11,349 nt of DNA from Amoeboradix gromovi X-113 (GCA_018985225.1 JADGIF010000303.1:1-11349); one strand, 5' to 3'; shown: positions 1-8,688, counted from the stretch's first letter. Notes: generated from the letters alone by a model not told the origin. Translations and numbers: made by a program.

Positions 1-169
1 AACGCTGCTATCAATATAAACATGCACATAGTTATTCAACTACGCATGAAATCAAATTAGGTGGTAAAACATCTGAACGGGCTAGTGCTATGAGGTAGTC
101 TTGCAGGTAAATCTCCAGCTTGTAGTTGGGGCCATTTTCGCAAAGTCTGTCCCATGCAATTTACCCCAA
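1..169 (+). mobile_element. Possible 3' end of a TnpB/Fanzor-like gene with a downstream structured (omegaRNA-like) segment; tentative, truncated by the window edge
   Basis: Frame +1 from base 1 reads NAAINI-NMHIVIQLRMKSN* (stop 58-60). NAAxNI matches the tail of the TnpB/Fanzor RuvC-III motif (DRDxNAAxNI). Downstream GCAGGTAAATCTCCAGCT-TGT-AGTTGGGG (103-131) includes an 8-bp stem with two G.U pairs that resembles IS200/IS605/IS607 TnpB right-end hairpins. Only 6 motif residues are visible. Confidence 0.22.
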
Positions 170-179
170 TATAACTTTT

Positions 180-1493
180 ATGTTTTCCAATGTGCACAAA
201 CAGTTATTTACCCAAAACAAGTTACCAAAGGGTAGGTACTTAATGAGGGATTACATATACAATGCACTTTATCATCCAAAATATGGTTATTTTAACAAAT
301 ATTCAAAGATTGTTACACCAAGAATTAACATGGCGGAAGTAAGCGACAACGAGCAGTTTAATCTGCTGCTGAAGCAGTCATACCAGAAGGAGGCCGTGAA
401 AACATTTGAAATGAACAAAAACGACGTCTTTAAGCAGCTACCCTCTTTAAATACAAACTTGTGGCATACACCATCTGAACTGTTTTCTTCCATATATGGT
501 CAAATAATGGCAAACTATGTCATTGAGCAATACCAAAACAAGGCTGATAATAAGAGTTGTACGATTTTAGAGGTAGGTGCTGGAAATGGTACTTTAATGG
601 AGGATTTATTAGATTTCATTAAAATTCATAAACCAAAAATTTATAAAAAATTGAGTTATAAAATTGTAGACATAACCAAGTTTAATCTCGTTACGAAGCA
701 TAAAAATGTCGTTGTTGTTAATGACTCTATTCTGAATCTCCGTCAGAGTAGCAATGAGTTTCACATCATTTTGCTAAATGAAGTTTTGGATAACTTTGCA
801 TTTGATTGTGTAAGGTATAACAAGAATGAACCATTGCAAGGTTACATCAATTATGATCCTGATGCAGATTTACCTAATCTTGTTTATACTGAGGAATATT
901 CAAAGCTATCCGACTCTCATATTATGAAGCTAACTAAATTGTTGCCCACTCAACCAAGTGGATTTGAACTGCTTAAATCTAGAATGCCATTCATGAACAA
1001 TCTAACTATGCCTTATTTCATTCCAACTCAAATCAATTATTTGCTCAAAGTTATAAAAACACTGCTTCCTAATCATTCAATCTTAATCAGCGATTTTGAC
1101 ACTCTTGAAGACACAATACCTGGTGTTAATGCACCTCGCATCCATGCGTCCGTTGACAAGCAAACTGTTGTTGTTCCTACCATTTGTGTTGAACCAGGCC
1201 CATTTGATATCTTCTTTCCTATAGACATGGAGCAAATCAAACTGTTGTACTCAAAAACAGATGAATACTTTTCAGTTAGCAGCAGAATAGCACAACCGTA
1301 TTTCTCATATAGCGCCGATGTTGTAATTGAAGATTTTAAGCCAGTAGAAGCTAAAAAACATTTTGAAGTTTACTCACATTCTAAATTTTGTAGGAAATAT
1401 TTAGAAAATTGCACTGCTCCATATAGACTAAAGGATGGAACGAGCCCGCTGTTGGAGTATTACAAAAATTTTAAAGTCTTAACCATTCAATAA
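180..1493 (+). CDS. NDUFAF7/MidA-family SAM-dependent (protein arginine) methyltransferase, fungal YKL162C-like, probably mitochondrial; 437 aa
   Basis: Family motifs MRDYIYNALYHPKYGYF, LWHTPSELF, SAM motif I EVGAGNGTL, NEVLDN, ISDFD..PG.NAP and G.FDIFFP. The track start at 126 is TTG; the first in-frame ATG is 180. Confidence 0.85.
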   Translation: MFSNVHKQLFTQNKLPKGRYLMRDYIYNALYHPKYGYFNKYSKIVTPRINMAEVSDNEQFNLLLKQSYQKEAVKTFEMNKNDVFKQLPSLNTNLWHTPSELFSSIYGQIMANYVIEQYQNKADNKSCTILEVGAGNGTLMEDLLDFIKIHKPKIYKKLSYKIVDITKFNLVTKHKNVVVVNDSILNLRQSSNEFHIILLNEVLDNFAFDCVRYNKNEPLQGYINYDPDADLPNLVYTEEYSKLSDSHIMKLTKLLPTQPSGFELLKSRMPFMNNLTMPYFIPTQINYLLKVIKTLLPNHSILISDFDTLEDTIPGVNAPRIHASVDKQTVVVPTICVEPGPFDIFFPIDMEQIKLLYSKTDEYFSVSSRIAQPYFSYSADVVIEDFKPVEAKKHFEVYSHSKFCRKYLENCTAPYRLKDGTSPLLEYYKNFKVLTIQ

Positions 1494-1496
1494 AAA

Positions 1497-2273
1497 TCAT
1501 GATTTACTTAAGTCTAGTGCAATCTCCAGTAACCTGAGTTGATCAGACTCATCGGCCTTTGATATAGCATCTAATATACTAATGACATAACTTAATTTAG
1601 ATGCTTTCAATTCAGCAATCTTGATATCTGTATAAATATCCAGTCTCGAAGGTTTAGGAAGTATAGGCTCAACTGGGTGTTTGTTATAATCAATAGCTGA
1701 GTCGGATCTCTTCAAATGAGGTGATGGATCATTAATTAGCTTCAGCTGACGATCCACATCTAAGCGATCGACTTCCAGTTTCTCTTGTCTAAATCTCTCC
1801 AATGGAAGTTGATACACTTTGGTGTTTTTCACATCCAGCTCAATCCTTTTGTTGCCCAAATTCATTTTGTTCATTATGAGAGTCAAAAGATTGCTTCTTA
1901 ACATATGGCTAATTAAACTACAGGTTATGATGTGTTCCAACAATATAGAACTTCCATAATTATTGCTACAATATTTACAAGTGTAATACAGTTGATTATT
2001 TACAAAATACGAGTGAATATAATCTGAAAAAGCAAAAAACTCTGAGTCATTTAAATGCAATTCTTTATACAAGAATCTGTCAATGTATTTGCTATCCTTA
2101 TTAATTCTACACAACATATCTAATTTCAAAATTGATGGTAAGAGGGGACAAATATAGCAGTGATGTACAAAATGCTCTCCTTGAATTAGGGATCCACACC
2201 ACTCACATCCTTTAAAATTCCTGGAGTTCAATATGCTTGTAGGAGAGCTACGACTGAGTTCAGATCCGAACAT
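1497..2273 (-). CDS. Uncharacterised protein with two C-x2-C-x11-H-x3-C zinc fingers and a helical C-terminus; 258 aa
   Basis: Long uninterrupted ORF packed 3 nt from the upstream gene's stop. Repeats CEWC-x11-H-CYI-C and CKYC-x11-H-IIT-C. The track start at 2282 is TTG; the first ATG is 2273. Confidence 0.7.
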   Translation of the reverse strand: MFGSELSRSSPTSILNSRNFKGCEWCGSLIQGEHFVHHCYICPLLPSILKLDMLCRINKDSKYIDRFLYKELHLNDSEFFAFSDYIHSYFVNNQLYYTCKYCSNNYGSSILLEHIITCSLISHMLRSNLLTLIMNKMNLGNKRIELDVKNTKVYQLPLERFRQEKLEVDRLDVDRQLKLINDPSPHLKRSDSAIDYNKHPVEPILPKPSRLDIYTDIKIAELKASKLSYVISILDAISKADESDQLRLLEIALDLSKS

Positions 2274-2956
2274 GTCTTGCAATGAGTAAATCTGCGTAAG
2301 CGTTTCAAATTATCACGTCGTGAGAAAAGTTTAGCGTGTGGTCCCTTCATATAGTGATGCAACGCTCAACTTAATTTATCTTGCTACTGCCATTTCTGGA
2401 GCGAATCATGAAAACATTCCTGCTTTTAACGTGTTTGAAATTGCCGTGCTTCTTGAGAAAGTGCTAGTAAAACCCTCAATTTTGGACAAAGAAGAAATGA
2501 TTGCCTCTTGGTTCAAATTTGTATTCTATTTTTGTGAAAATTGTCTGGGAAAGTAAAAATCGATTCATCGCTAACGCTTTACGCAATCACTCGATACCAA
2601 TCCCTGCTCTTACGTTGAAAATCAGAAATTAGTAAAAGCAATATATTCTACCAAGTTAACACGCAAACTACTTGTTCATGGTACTAAATATCTTCTTTCT
2701 TGTTTTTACAGCTGCCATAAAAGATAGTTTTTCATCGCCACTCTCTATCGCAGTATTTTGTGTTCCTGGCAAACGACTCTCAATTCAAGCTCTGAACACG
2801 TGATCTATGTAGTCGAGTTTTGTTGGCAATGACTAAAGTGATTAAAGTTATTTCGCGGAACTAAGTATTACAAGTTTGAGTACCTTTTTGATTCAAGTAA
2901 GTCATCTGGTTTCCTTGTTATCATCCGCTTTTACCCCATTCAACTTTTCATAGAGG

Positions 2957-3361
2957 ATGTCCCGCATTTTTGATGTGGAGCCCCCAAAGAGCGAAAGTGA
3001 GAACGAACTACACCCAGACATAGTATACAGAGATTCTTTTGGTAAAAGAATAAAGAACGAACCCGCGCAAAGCTTAAATATGCATGTTGCAAATACTGAG
3101 GCCACTCATCAAGAGACAAAATTAGCTATGTCAGATAAATTGAAAAAAGAGTTGAGAATACAGGATCCTATGTATCATCAACTGAAGGAAACTAGCCGGA
3201 TACCTATTTGGACAGAGGACTTTCCGAAAAATAGATTTGACATTACACCAGGATACCGGTGGGATGGAATTGACAGATCTAATGGATTTGAAGAAAGGTA
3301 TTTAGAGGTTCACACTGAATTAAAGGAAATTTCTAATTTTGATGATCTCTGCTCAGATTAA
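2957..3361 (+). CDS. BUD13: Pre-mRNA splicing factor BUD13/CWC26 (RES complex), very short form; 134 aa
   Basis: Bud13 motifs [16 protein letters not shown] and [26 protein letters not shown]. Confidence 0.9.
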   Translation: MSRIFDVEPPKSESENELHPDIVYRDSFGKRIKNEPAQSLNMHVANTEATHQETKLAMSDKLKKELRIQDPMYHQLKETSRIPIWTEDFPKNRFDITPGYRWDGIDRSNGFEERYLEVHTELKEISNFDDLCSD

Positions 3362-3399
3362 ACAAATTTTTTATTTTTCCATACTCTTCGATTTTGTAA

Positions 3400-4122
3400 A
3401 TGAATCAGTCGCTACTTCAATTTAACGCTTCATCTAACGTTATCCTTAAATTTCATTACTCAAACCAAGTTTATTTTGCCAAGGCTTTTAGAATCCAATA
3501 CTTATCAGCTTATTCATACTCTGCCTGTTGCTACTTTAAAAAAACAAGACTTGGTTGTTTTTATAAAGAACTTGGTTTATCTAAGTATTTGCCGCTTGCG
3601 GTATTAATAGACATTTACAAATTGTCCAATGTAATCGACATTTTGTTAAAAGAAACAGATAATGAGGACTTTCAACCAGAATCCCCGTTGGAACTTCAAG
3701 ACCGATTGTTGAACGGATGGAAAGAATCATGTTATATAATCAACGGATCAAATAACCATATACTTTCTCTTAATAAATCTCAAAAGGACAGTCTCTTTGC
3801 CAGTTTAACTCAGGGCAACATGGAGGACTGGATATGGCTCAGTATCGTGTTCAAGGAGTCTGAAAACATTCCAATGAAGCTCTTCTACTTAGAGAACAAT
3901 CAAGTGAAAGTCATTCTGCAGCAGTTCTTCTCGAAATTCGAATTAGCTGATTTGGCTGTAAAATTTAGATTCGAGTCTGCAAAGTGTTGTGGTATTGAAG
4001 TTCCATTTGATATAAAACTAGCAGAACTAATTCCTTTGATATGCGCAGATGGATTCATTCATGTAGTCTTGGAGAAGAAACTTGAAGAAAAATCTAGCGC
4101 TAAAACAATTGAAGAACTTTAG
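3400..4122 (+). CDS. ATG5: Autophagy protein 5; 240 aa
   Basis: R.QYL, LPLAVLID (P-x-G-x-L-x-D box), WKESCYIINGS carrying the Atg12-acceptor Lys (cf. yeast WKQVCFILNGS), IPMKLF, GIEVPFD and C-terminal DGFIHVVL. Confidence 0.8.
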   Translation: MNQSLLQFNASSNVILKFHYSNQVYFAKAFRIQYLSAYSYSACCYFKKTRLGCFYKELGLSKYLPLAVLIDIYKLSNVIDILLKETDNEDFQPESPLELQDRLLNGWKESCYIINGSNNHILSLNKSQKDSLFASLTQGNMEDWIWLSIVFKESENIPMKLFYLENNQVKVILQQFFSKFELADLAVKFRFESAKCCGIEVPFDIKLAELIPLICADGFIHVVLEKKLEEKSSAKTIEEL

Positions 4123-4214
4123 CAGTCCTTAATTTTTTAATTCTTGAAGACTGAATAGTAAAAATTGTTTTAGTACGAATTATTTGATCTTAGAAGGAGA
4201 AAGGGCCTGATTTT

Positions 4215-5138
4215 ATGATTTCCGAGATCACTCAAAACCCAAAGGATGTTTATTCTGGAGCATACTGCCGAGTAGATGGGTTAATTTGCGAATTTGATTA
4301 TGATCTATTTAACGATGAGGTAGTGCATCACGTCTATTACAAACATGAAGACTCAGTACGAAGCTTGACATATCAAAATGATTTATTTTGCTGCACAAAG
4401 GACGGAAAGCTCTTGAAACTGAATCAAGAGGTAGCTGTTTACAAATATGATGATATTTCCTGCAATTCGATTACAATGAACTCACCAAACACAGGAATGT
4501 TGGGCGGCGAGAATGGTGAAGTTATTATATTTGATATACGTCAAGAAAAACCTGTTCATTCAATGTTTATTGGAAATGAGTACATTTCATCTATGTATAT
4601 GGAACACATGAAAGCCTATGTCGCTTCCGGAGATGGTACAATATCGTTTATTGATCTTCATTCGTACAAGACAATTTCTAGCTTCTCGTTGGAAGCAAGT
4701 ATACACTCTGCTGTTCCGTATAAAAACTGCTCAATTGTCACTGCTACAGATAAGGGGTTACACTATTATGAAAAGAATGCTAAAAAGTACTCTAAGCAGA
4801 ACTGCAAATGGTCGTTTTACGATTATGTCCCAGCCAGTAAAGTTGGTGAATTGGATGGTGCCATAGCTGATAATGATAGCGTTTATGTTTACGGAACAAA
4901 TGGAGTATTCAAAATCCTGTCTAATTCAGAGCAAGAGCAAATTGTAACAGATTCCTATGAGTATTTGAGTGCTATGAATGGAATCGTTTTTGGGACAAAC
5001 TTTGATACTATATCTATTGTTCAAGGTAAAATTTATCTAGAAGAGGAGCTAAAGGACTCAGAAATAGTGTCCAGTAAAACCAGGAAAAAATTAAAACAGA
5101 GAGGCCAAAAAAGCGCTATTTTCATCGATTTAGATTAA
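4215..5138 (+). CDS. WD40-repeat protein, JIP5/WDR55-like (ribosome biogenesis); 307 aa
   Basis: HEDSVRSL, GGENGEVIIFDIR...EYISSM and SGDGTISFID, plus an acidic/basic tail ending FIDLD as in the JIP5/WDR55 family. Confidence 0.65.
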   Translation: MISEITQNPKDVYSGAYCRVDGLICEFDYDLFNDEVVHHVYYKHEDSVRSLTYQNDLFCCTKDGKLLKLNQEVAVYKYDDISCNSITMNSPNTGMLGGENGEVIIFDIRQEKPVHSMFIGNEYISSMYMEHMKAYVASGDGTISFIDLHSYKTISSFSLEASIHSAVPYKNCSIVTATDKGLHYYEKNAKKYSKQNCKWSFYDYVPASKVGELDGAIADNDSVYVYGTNGVFKILSNSEQEQIVTDSYEYLSAMNGIVFGTNFDTISIVQGKIYLEEELKDSEIVSSKTRKKLKQRGQKSAIFIDLD

Positions 5139-5147
5139 ATAGTTTTA

Positions 5148-6112
5148 CTATAAGAAGTACTGGCCCGAGCTTTTTTGCTGCGGTATTTTCGACTGATCCA
5201 TTGGTACTGCGTTAAACAAACCAAATGATTCATCCTCAACTCTTAAGTCCTCGCCTACTTTTAAATATGATGCTACATTTCCACACCTGTAACAATAGTT
5301 TGGCGCTGACCATACAGTAACGCAATTTCTATCGGGAAAGTGGAATTTGTAACCTTCTTGTACTAACTGATGGGCTCTACAGATTACCGACAGATCATTT
5401 ACAAAATTAAATTCATTAGTTACTTTTGAACCGAATAAATATCCAGCTCCACGTGGTGATATTGCCCAGCAATCAATTTCGTCAGGATCACTCCACATTA
5501 AATCACAAAAAGTTCCTAAATGTGGTATTTCATGATGTCTGCGAATAGTTCTTATTTGGTCTAAAGTACGAACATCTGGACTTAAACCTCCATGAACGCA
5601 CATTATTCTGCCATCTACAATAGCACCAAGTGCTAAATGGTCAAAAACTTGACAACATAGCCTCCATACAGTAGCGGACTAAGTAAATATAAATTACTCC
5701 ATATTTTGTTAAACATTCGTCGTAGAATCCATATACTTCTGTTATTTTTCTGCTTTCATGGTTACCTCGCAGAAGTAATATGTGTTGCGGGTACATTACC
5801 TTGTAGAGCATTAACAAAGAAAAAGTTTCTACTGAATGATATCCGCGATCTACAAAATCACCCATGAATATGTATTTTGTAGCCGGCAATTCTCCTGATT
5901 TCCTGAACAATTCAAGTACATCGTAAAATTGACCGTGAACTAAATAAATTTAAATTACCATCACCACATATTGTTACTGGAGAACTTATAGGCTGAACAT
6001 TACTTTCTTCTAAAAGAATTGAGGTGCACAACTGCGTAAGATGTTTTAGTTCAGCTTCAGGTAATATCTTTCCTTCTAATAGAAGAGCCAAGCTCTTTTG
6101 AAAATCAATCAT
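5148..6112 (-). CDS. SIT4: Ser/Thr protein phosphatase 6 catalytic subunit (Sit4/Ppe1/PPP6C); 3 exons (6112-5959, 5939-5698, 5678-5148), 308 aa
   Basis: The three track ORFs join after removing two 19-nt GT..AG introns. This restores GDVHGQFYD and [16 protein letters not shown]. Also present: [57 protein letters not shown] and C-terminal YFL. The spliced CDS is 927 nt. Confidence 0.93.
5679..5697 (-). other. Spliceosomal intron 2 of PP6/SIT4, 19 nt, phase 0 (GTAATTTATATTTACTTAG)
   Basis: Removal gives KYG|[13 protein letters not shown], in frame with the 5148..5603 ORF and matching the PP6 sequence with no gap. Confidence 0.92.
5940..5958 (-). other. Spliceosomal intron 1 of PP6/SIT4, 19 nt, phase 1 (GTAATTTAAATTTATTTAG)
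   Basis: Removal gives GAT G|TT CAC GGT CAA, the conserved PPP motif GDVHGQ. Confidence 0.93.
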
Positions 6113-6237
6113 AAATGTTGAAACAAGGAAATAACTTGAAATAAATAAGAGATGACTTATTAATCTTCAAGCTATGCAAAATCATGACACGATTTCTTTA
6201 AGCAACTTGAACTCTAGGTTTATATATTTTTGTAAAC
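6113..6237. promoter_or_regulatory. Short (125 nt) divergent promoter region shared by PP6/SIT4 and ADE2
   Basis: Head-to-head ATGs at 6112 (-) and 6238 (+). AT-rich, with TATATA about 17 nt before the ADE2 ATG. Inferred from gene arrangement only. Confidence 0.5.
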
Positions 6238-7875
6238 ATGGGAGTAAAAGAATGCACAGCATCGTCTAAAGTTATTGGGGTGTTGGGCGGTGGTCAACTA
6301 GGTAGAATGATGATGGAAGCTGCACATCGTTTAAACATTCAACTAATATTTTTAGATTCCGAAAACTCACCGGCGAACCAACTGACTAGTAATTTTCAAA
6401 TTGGATCCTTCCGGAACCCTCAAGACGTGTTAAAACTTTCTCAGTCATGCGATTTACTAACTATCGAAATTGAGCATGTTGAACTGGAGTCCTTAGCTGG
6501 TTTAAATGTGCATCCTAGTCTTAAAACGATTCAGCTTATTCAGGATAAATATCAGCAGAAACTTTACTTCTCCAAGCATGTTCCCTGCCCTTTAATAATG
6601 GAAGTTTGTTCTATTGACGATCTTGATCAAGCGGCAAAATCTTTTGGATTCCCTTTCATGGTCAAAAACAAGCGTGATTCTTATGATGGCAAGGGAAATT
6701 TCCAGATTAAAAATAGAGATGACCTGAAGACCATTATGGATGCTTCCAAGGCGGGTCTATATGCTGAGAAGTGGTGCTATTTCGAGAAGGAATTGGCAGT
6801 TATTGTAGTTAAATCATCTACTAATATTGCCACTTATCCAGTTGTAGAGACTTTTCATCGTGATTCTATATGCCACACTGTTATTGCCCCTGCTTCTGTA
6901 AGTACTGAGGTAGCTAACAAGGCAACACTTCTTGCAAAAAGTGTCGTATCCTTATTGAGTGGAAATGGTGTATTTGCTGTCGAGTTGTTCTTATTAAAAG
7001 ACGGCTCAGTGTACTTGAATGAGGTAGCACCTAGACCGCACAACTCAGGGCATTTTACTATAGAAGCTTGTGAAACTAGCCAGTTTGAGAATCATCTAAG
7101 GGCTATCCTGGATTTACCTTTGGGAAGTACTGAAATGAAGACTCCAAATGCAGCAATGATTAATTTAATCGGAGCCTCTAACGACTGCGATTGTATTAAT
7201 AGTCCAATTCAACAAGCGTTGCTGATTCCGGGTGCTGCCATCCATCTGTACGGCAAAGCAGAATGTCGCAAGAATAGGAAGATGGGACATTTAACGATAA
7301 CTGCAAACAGTAAATCGCAATTGCATACAAGACTGCACAAGATTTGGGATACGGTAGGCGGTTCTCCATTACGAACCAATAAAGCACCATTAGTCGGAGT
7401 TATAATGGGATCTGACTCAGATTTACCTAAAATGAGAGATTGTTGTGAGATTCTAGAACAGTTTAATGTGCCTTTTGAAGTAACCATCGTTTCTGCTCAT
7501 CGTACGCCCGAAAGATTGATGACTTATTCAAAAACAGCGTATGAGCGGGGGCTGCGAGTTATTGTTGCAGGTGCTGGCGGTGCTGCACATTTGCCTGGAA
7601 TGGTAGCTAGCATGACTTGCTTGCCAGTGGTTGGGGTGCCCATAGCGTTGAAGCACCTTGATGGAGTAGACAGCTTACACTCTATAGTTCAGATGCCTAG
7701 GGGAGTTCCGGTGGCTGCTGTAGCTATAGACAACTCTATGAATGCTGGTCTGTTGGCCATAAGAATGTTGGGAGGGGATTATTCATTGAAAATGACTCTG
7801 TACCAGCATGAAATGAAGTCGAATGTCTTGGAGAAAGCAAAAGAGCTGGAGCTGAAAGGATGGTCGTCGTACTAA
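6238..7875 (+). CDS. ADE2: Phosphoribosylaminoimidazole carboxylase (PurK ATP-grasp + PurE fusion); 545 aa
   Basis: [51 protein letters not shown]...RKMGH, then the PurE domain [27 protein letters not shown] and [12 protein letters not shown]. Confidence 0.97.
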   Translation: MGVKECTASSKVIGVLGGGQLGRMMMEAAHRLNIQLIFLDSENSPANQLTSNFQIGSFRNPQDVLKLSQSCDLLTIEIEHVELESLAGLNVHPSLKTIQLIQDKYQQKLYFSKHVPCPLIMEVCSIDDLDQAAKSFGFPFMVKNKRDSYDGKGNFQIKNRDDLKTIMDASKAGLYAEKWCYFEKELAVIVVKSSTNIATYPVVETFHRDSICHTVIAPASVSTEVANKATLLAKSVVSLLSGNGVFAVELFLLKDGSVYLNEVAPRPHNSGHFTIEACETSQFENHLRAILDLPLGSTEMKTPNAAMINLIGASNDCDCINSPIQQALLIPGAAIHLYGKAECRKNRKMGHLTITANSKSQLHTRLHKIWDTVGGSPLRTNKAPLVGVIMGSDSDLPKMRDCCEILEQFNVPFEVTIVSAHRTPERLMTYSKTAYERGLRVIVAGAGGAAHLPGMVASMTCLPVVGVPIALKHLDGVDSLHSIVQMPRGVPVAAVAIDNSMNAGLLAIRMLGGDYSLKMTLYQHEMKSNVLEKAKELELKGWSSY

Positions 7876-7897
7876 GTAAACGGAATATTTATTAACA

Positions 7898-8542
7898 CTA
7901 ACTTTTACCTTTCTCAAGGCTAGCAACGAGGTACCTAATCCGCTGCTGAAGCTCTACCACAGGTCCCGTATTCTTGATTACAACATTTGCTTTGTCCTTT
8001 TTGACTTCAATGGACACTTGAGAACTTATTCTAGACAAGCTGTCTAGCTCTGATATTGATAGCCTGTTAAGATCATGTACTGCAGTGCCTCGAACACGCG
8101 AAAGCAAACGAATTTTTTGAACATCTTCGGGCACATAGATAACCCAAACCTGATTCATATATTTCTCAAGATTAGATTCATACAAAAGAGGAATATCGAA
8201 AAACACATATTTAGGCCCAGAAATCAGAAATGAAAGATATTGAAGTGCAATTGATAAAAGCACAAAAGGGTGAGTGATTAAATTTAAAATTCTGCGCTTA
8301 TCTGGGTTACTGAATATTAATTGGCCTAGTTTGTTACGATCTACATCCTTGTTGTCAAACACTTCAGATCCAAAAAAGAACCAGACCAGGTAATAAGAAG
8401 GATGAAATTTATGATAGAGACTCTTTGCTATTTCGTCAGCATCTATTACGGAGCAACCGAGAGATTTTAGCTCATTTACTGCAGTAGATTTTCCTGTAGC
8501 AATACTTCCAGTAATCCCGATTCTATACGGCCAAAAAGCCAT
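7898..8542 (-). CDS. CAB5: Dephospho-CoA kinase (CoaE/CAB5/DCAKD family); 214 aa
   Basis: P-loop IGITGSIATGKST, VIDAD.IA, DR.KLG..IF, LN.ITHP, DIPLLYE, Q..RL..R, RI.SQ and K...A..VI.N.G. The track start at 8554 is GTG; the first ATG is 8542. Confidence 0.9.
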   Translation of the reverse strand: MAFWPYRIGITGSIATGKSTAVNELKSLGCSVIDADEIAKSLYHKFHPSYYLVWFFFGSEVFDNKDVDRNKLGQLIFSNPDKRRILNLITHPFVLLSIALQYLSFLISGPKYVFFDIPLLYESNLEKYMNQVWVIYVPEDVQKIRLLSRVRGTAVHDLNRLSISELDSLSRISSQVSIEVKKDKANVVIKNTGPVVELQQRIRYLVASLEKGKS

Positions 8543-8688
8543 TAACTGTTTCACCCAGGATTACTTTTTCTTAAATATTTCATTTAAAAACTCATGTGAT
8601 ACTAAATTGCAGAAAGTTTCTTTCGAAGTTCTCAAAGTCATGTGGTGATAAACATGATCTGAAACTATTTGATTTTTGAACAATCGAA
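8543..8688. promoter_or_regulatory. Short (146 nt) divergent promoter region between dephospho-CoA kinase and the coiled-coil gene
   Basis: Head-to-head ATGs. Contains two TCATGTG E-box-like copies (8592-8598 and 8638-8644). Confidence 0.4.

Noticed and set aside
1323-1340. GTAATTGAAGATTTTAAG, an 18-nt in-frame intron-like string in the methyltransferase gene
   Set aside because: The ORF is open through it, it ends in AAG rather than TAG, and it lacks the -6 A. It cannot be supported without RNA-seq.
2338-2556. 72-aa plus-strand ORF
   Set aside because: GTG start, no recognisable motif, and no consensus intron extends it.
2370-2830. Stop-codon reassignment (TGA=Trp or TAR=Gln) suggested by in-frame stops in minus-strand frames of the gap
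   Set aside because: All three stop codons end bona fide genes in this window, and no conserved gene has an internal stop once introns are removed.
4158-4193. 16-nt and 21-nt GT..AG strings upstream of the WD40 gene
   Set aside because: No upstream ATG exon to connect, and neither matches the GTAATT/-6A pattern.
5148-6112. PP6 as a frameshifted pseudogene or three separate ORFs
   Set aside because: Two clean GT..AG 19-nt removals give an intact 308-aa enzyme with all catalytic motifs.
6152-6160. ATGACTTAT, a near Gcn4/Bas1-type site upstream of ADE2
   Set aside because: A single imperfect match in AT-rich DNA from a lineage likely far from yeast; not distinguishable from chance.
8546-8564. 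19-nt GTAATCCTGGGTGAAACAG on the minus strand upstream of dephospho-CoA kinase, near an upstream ATG at 8583
   Set aside because: Splicing it does not put ATG 8583 in frame with the kinase (a TAG follows), and it departs from the intron consensus. At most a UTR intron or uORF.
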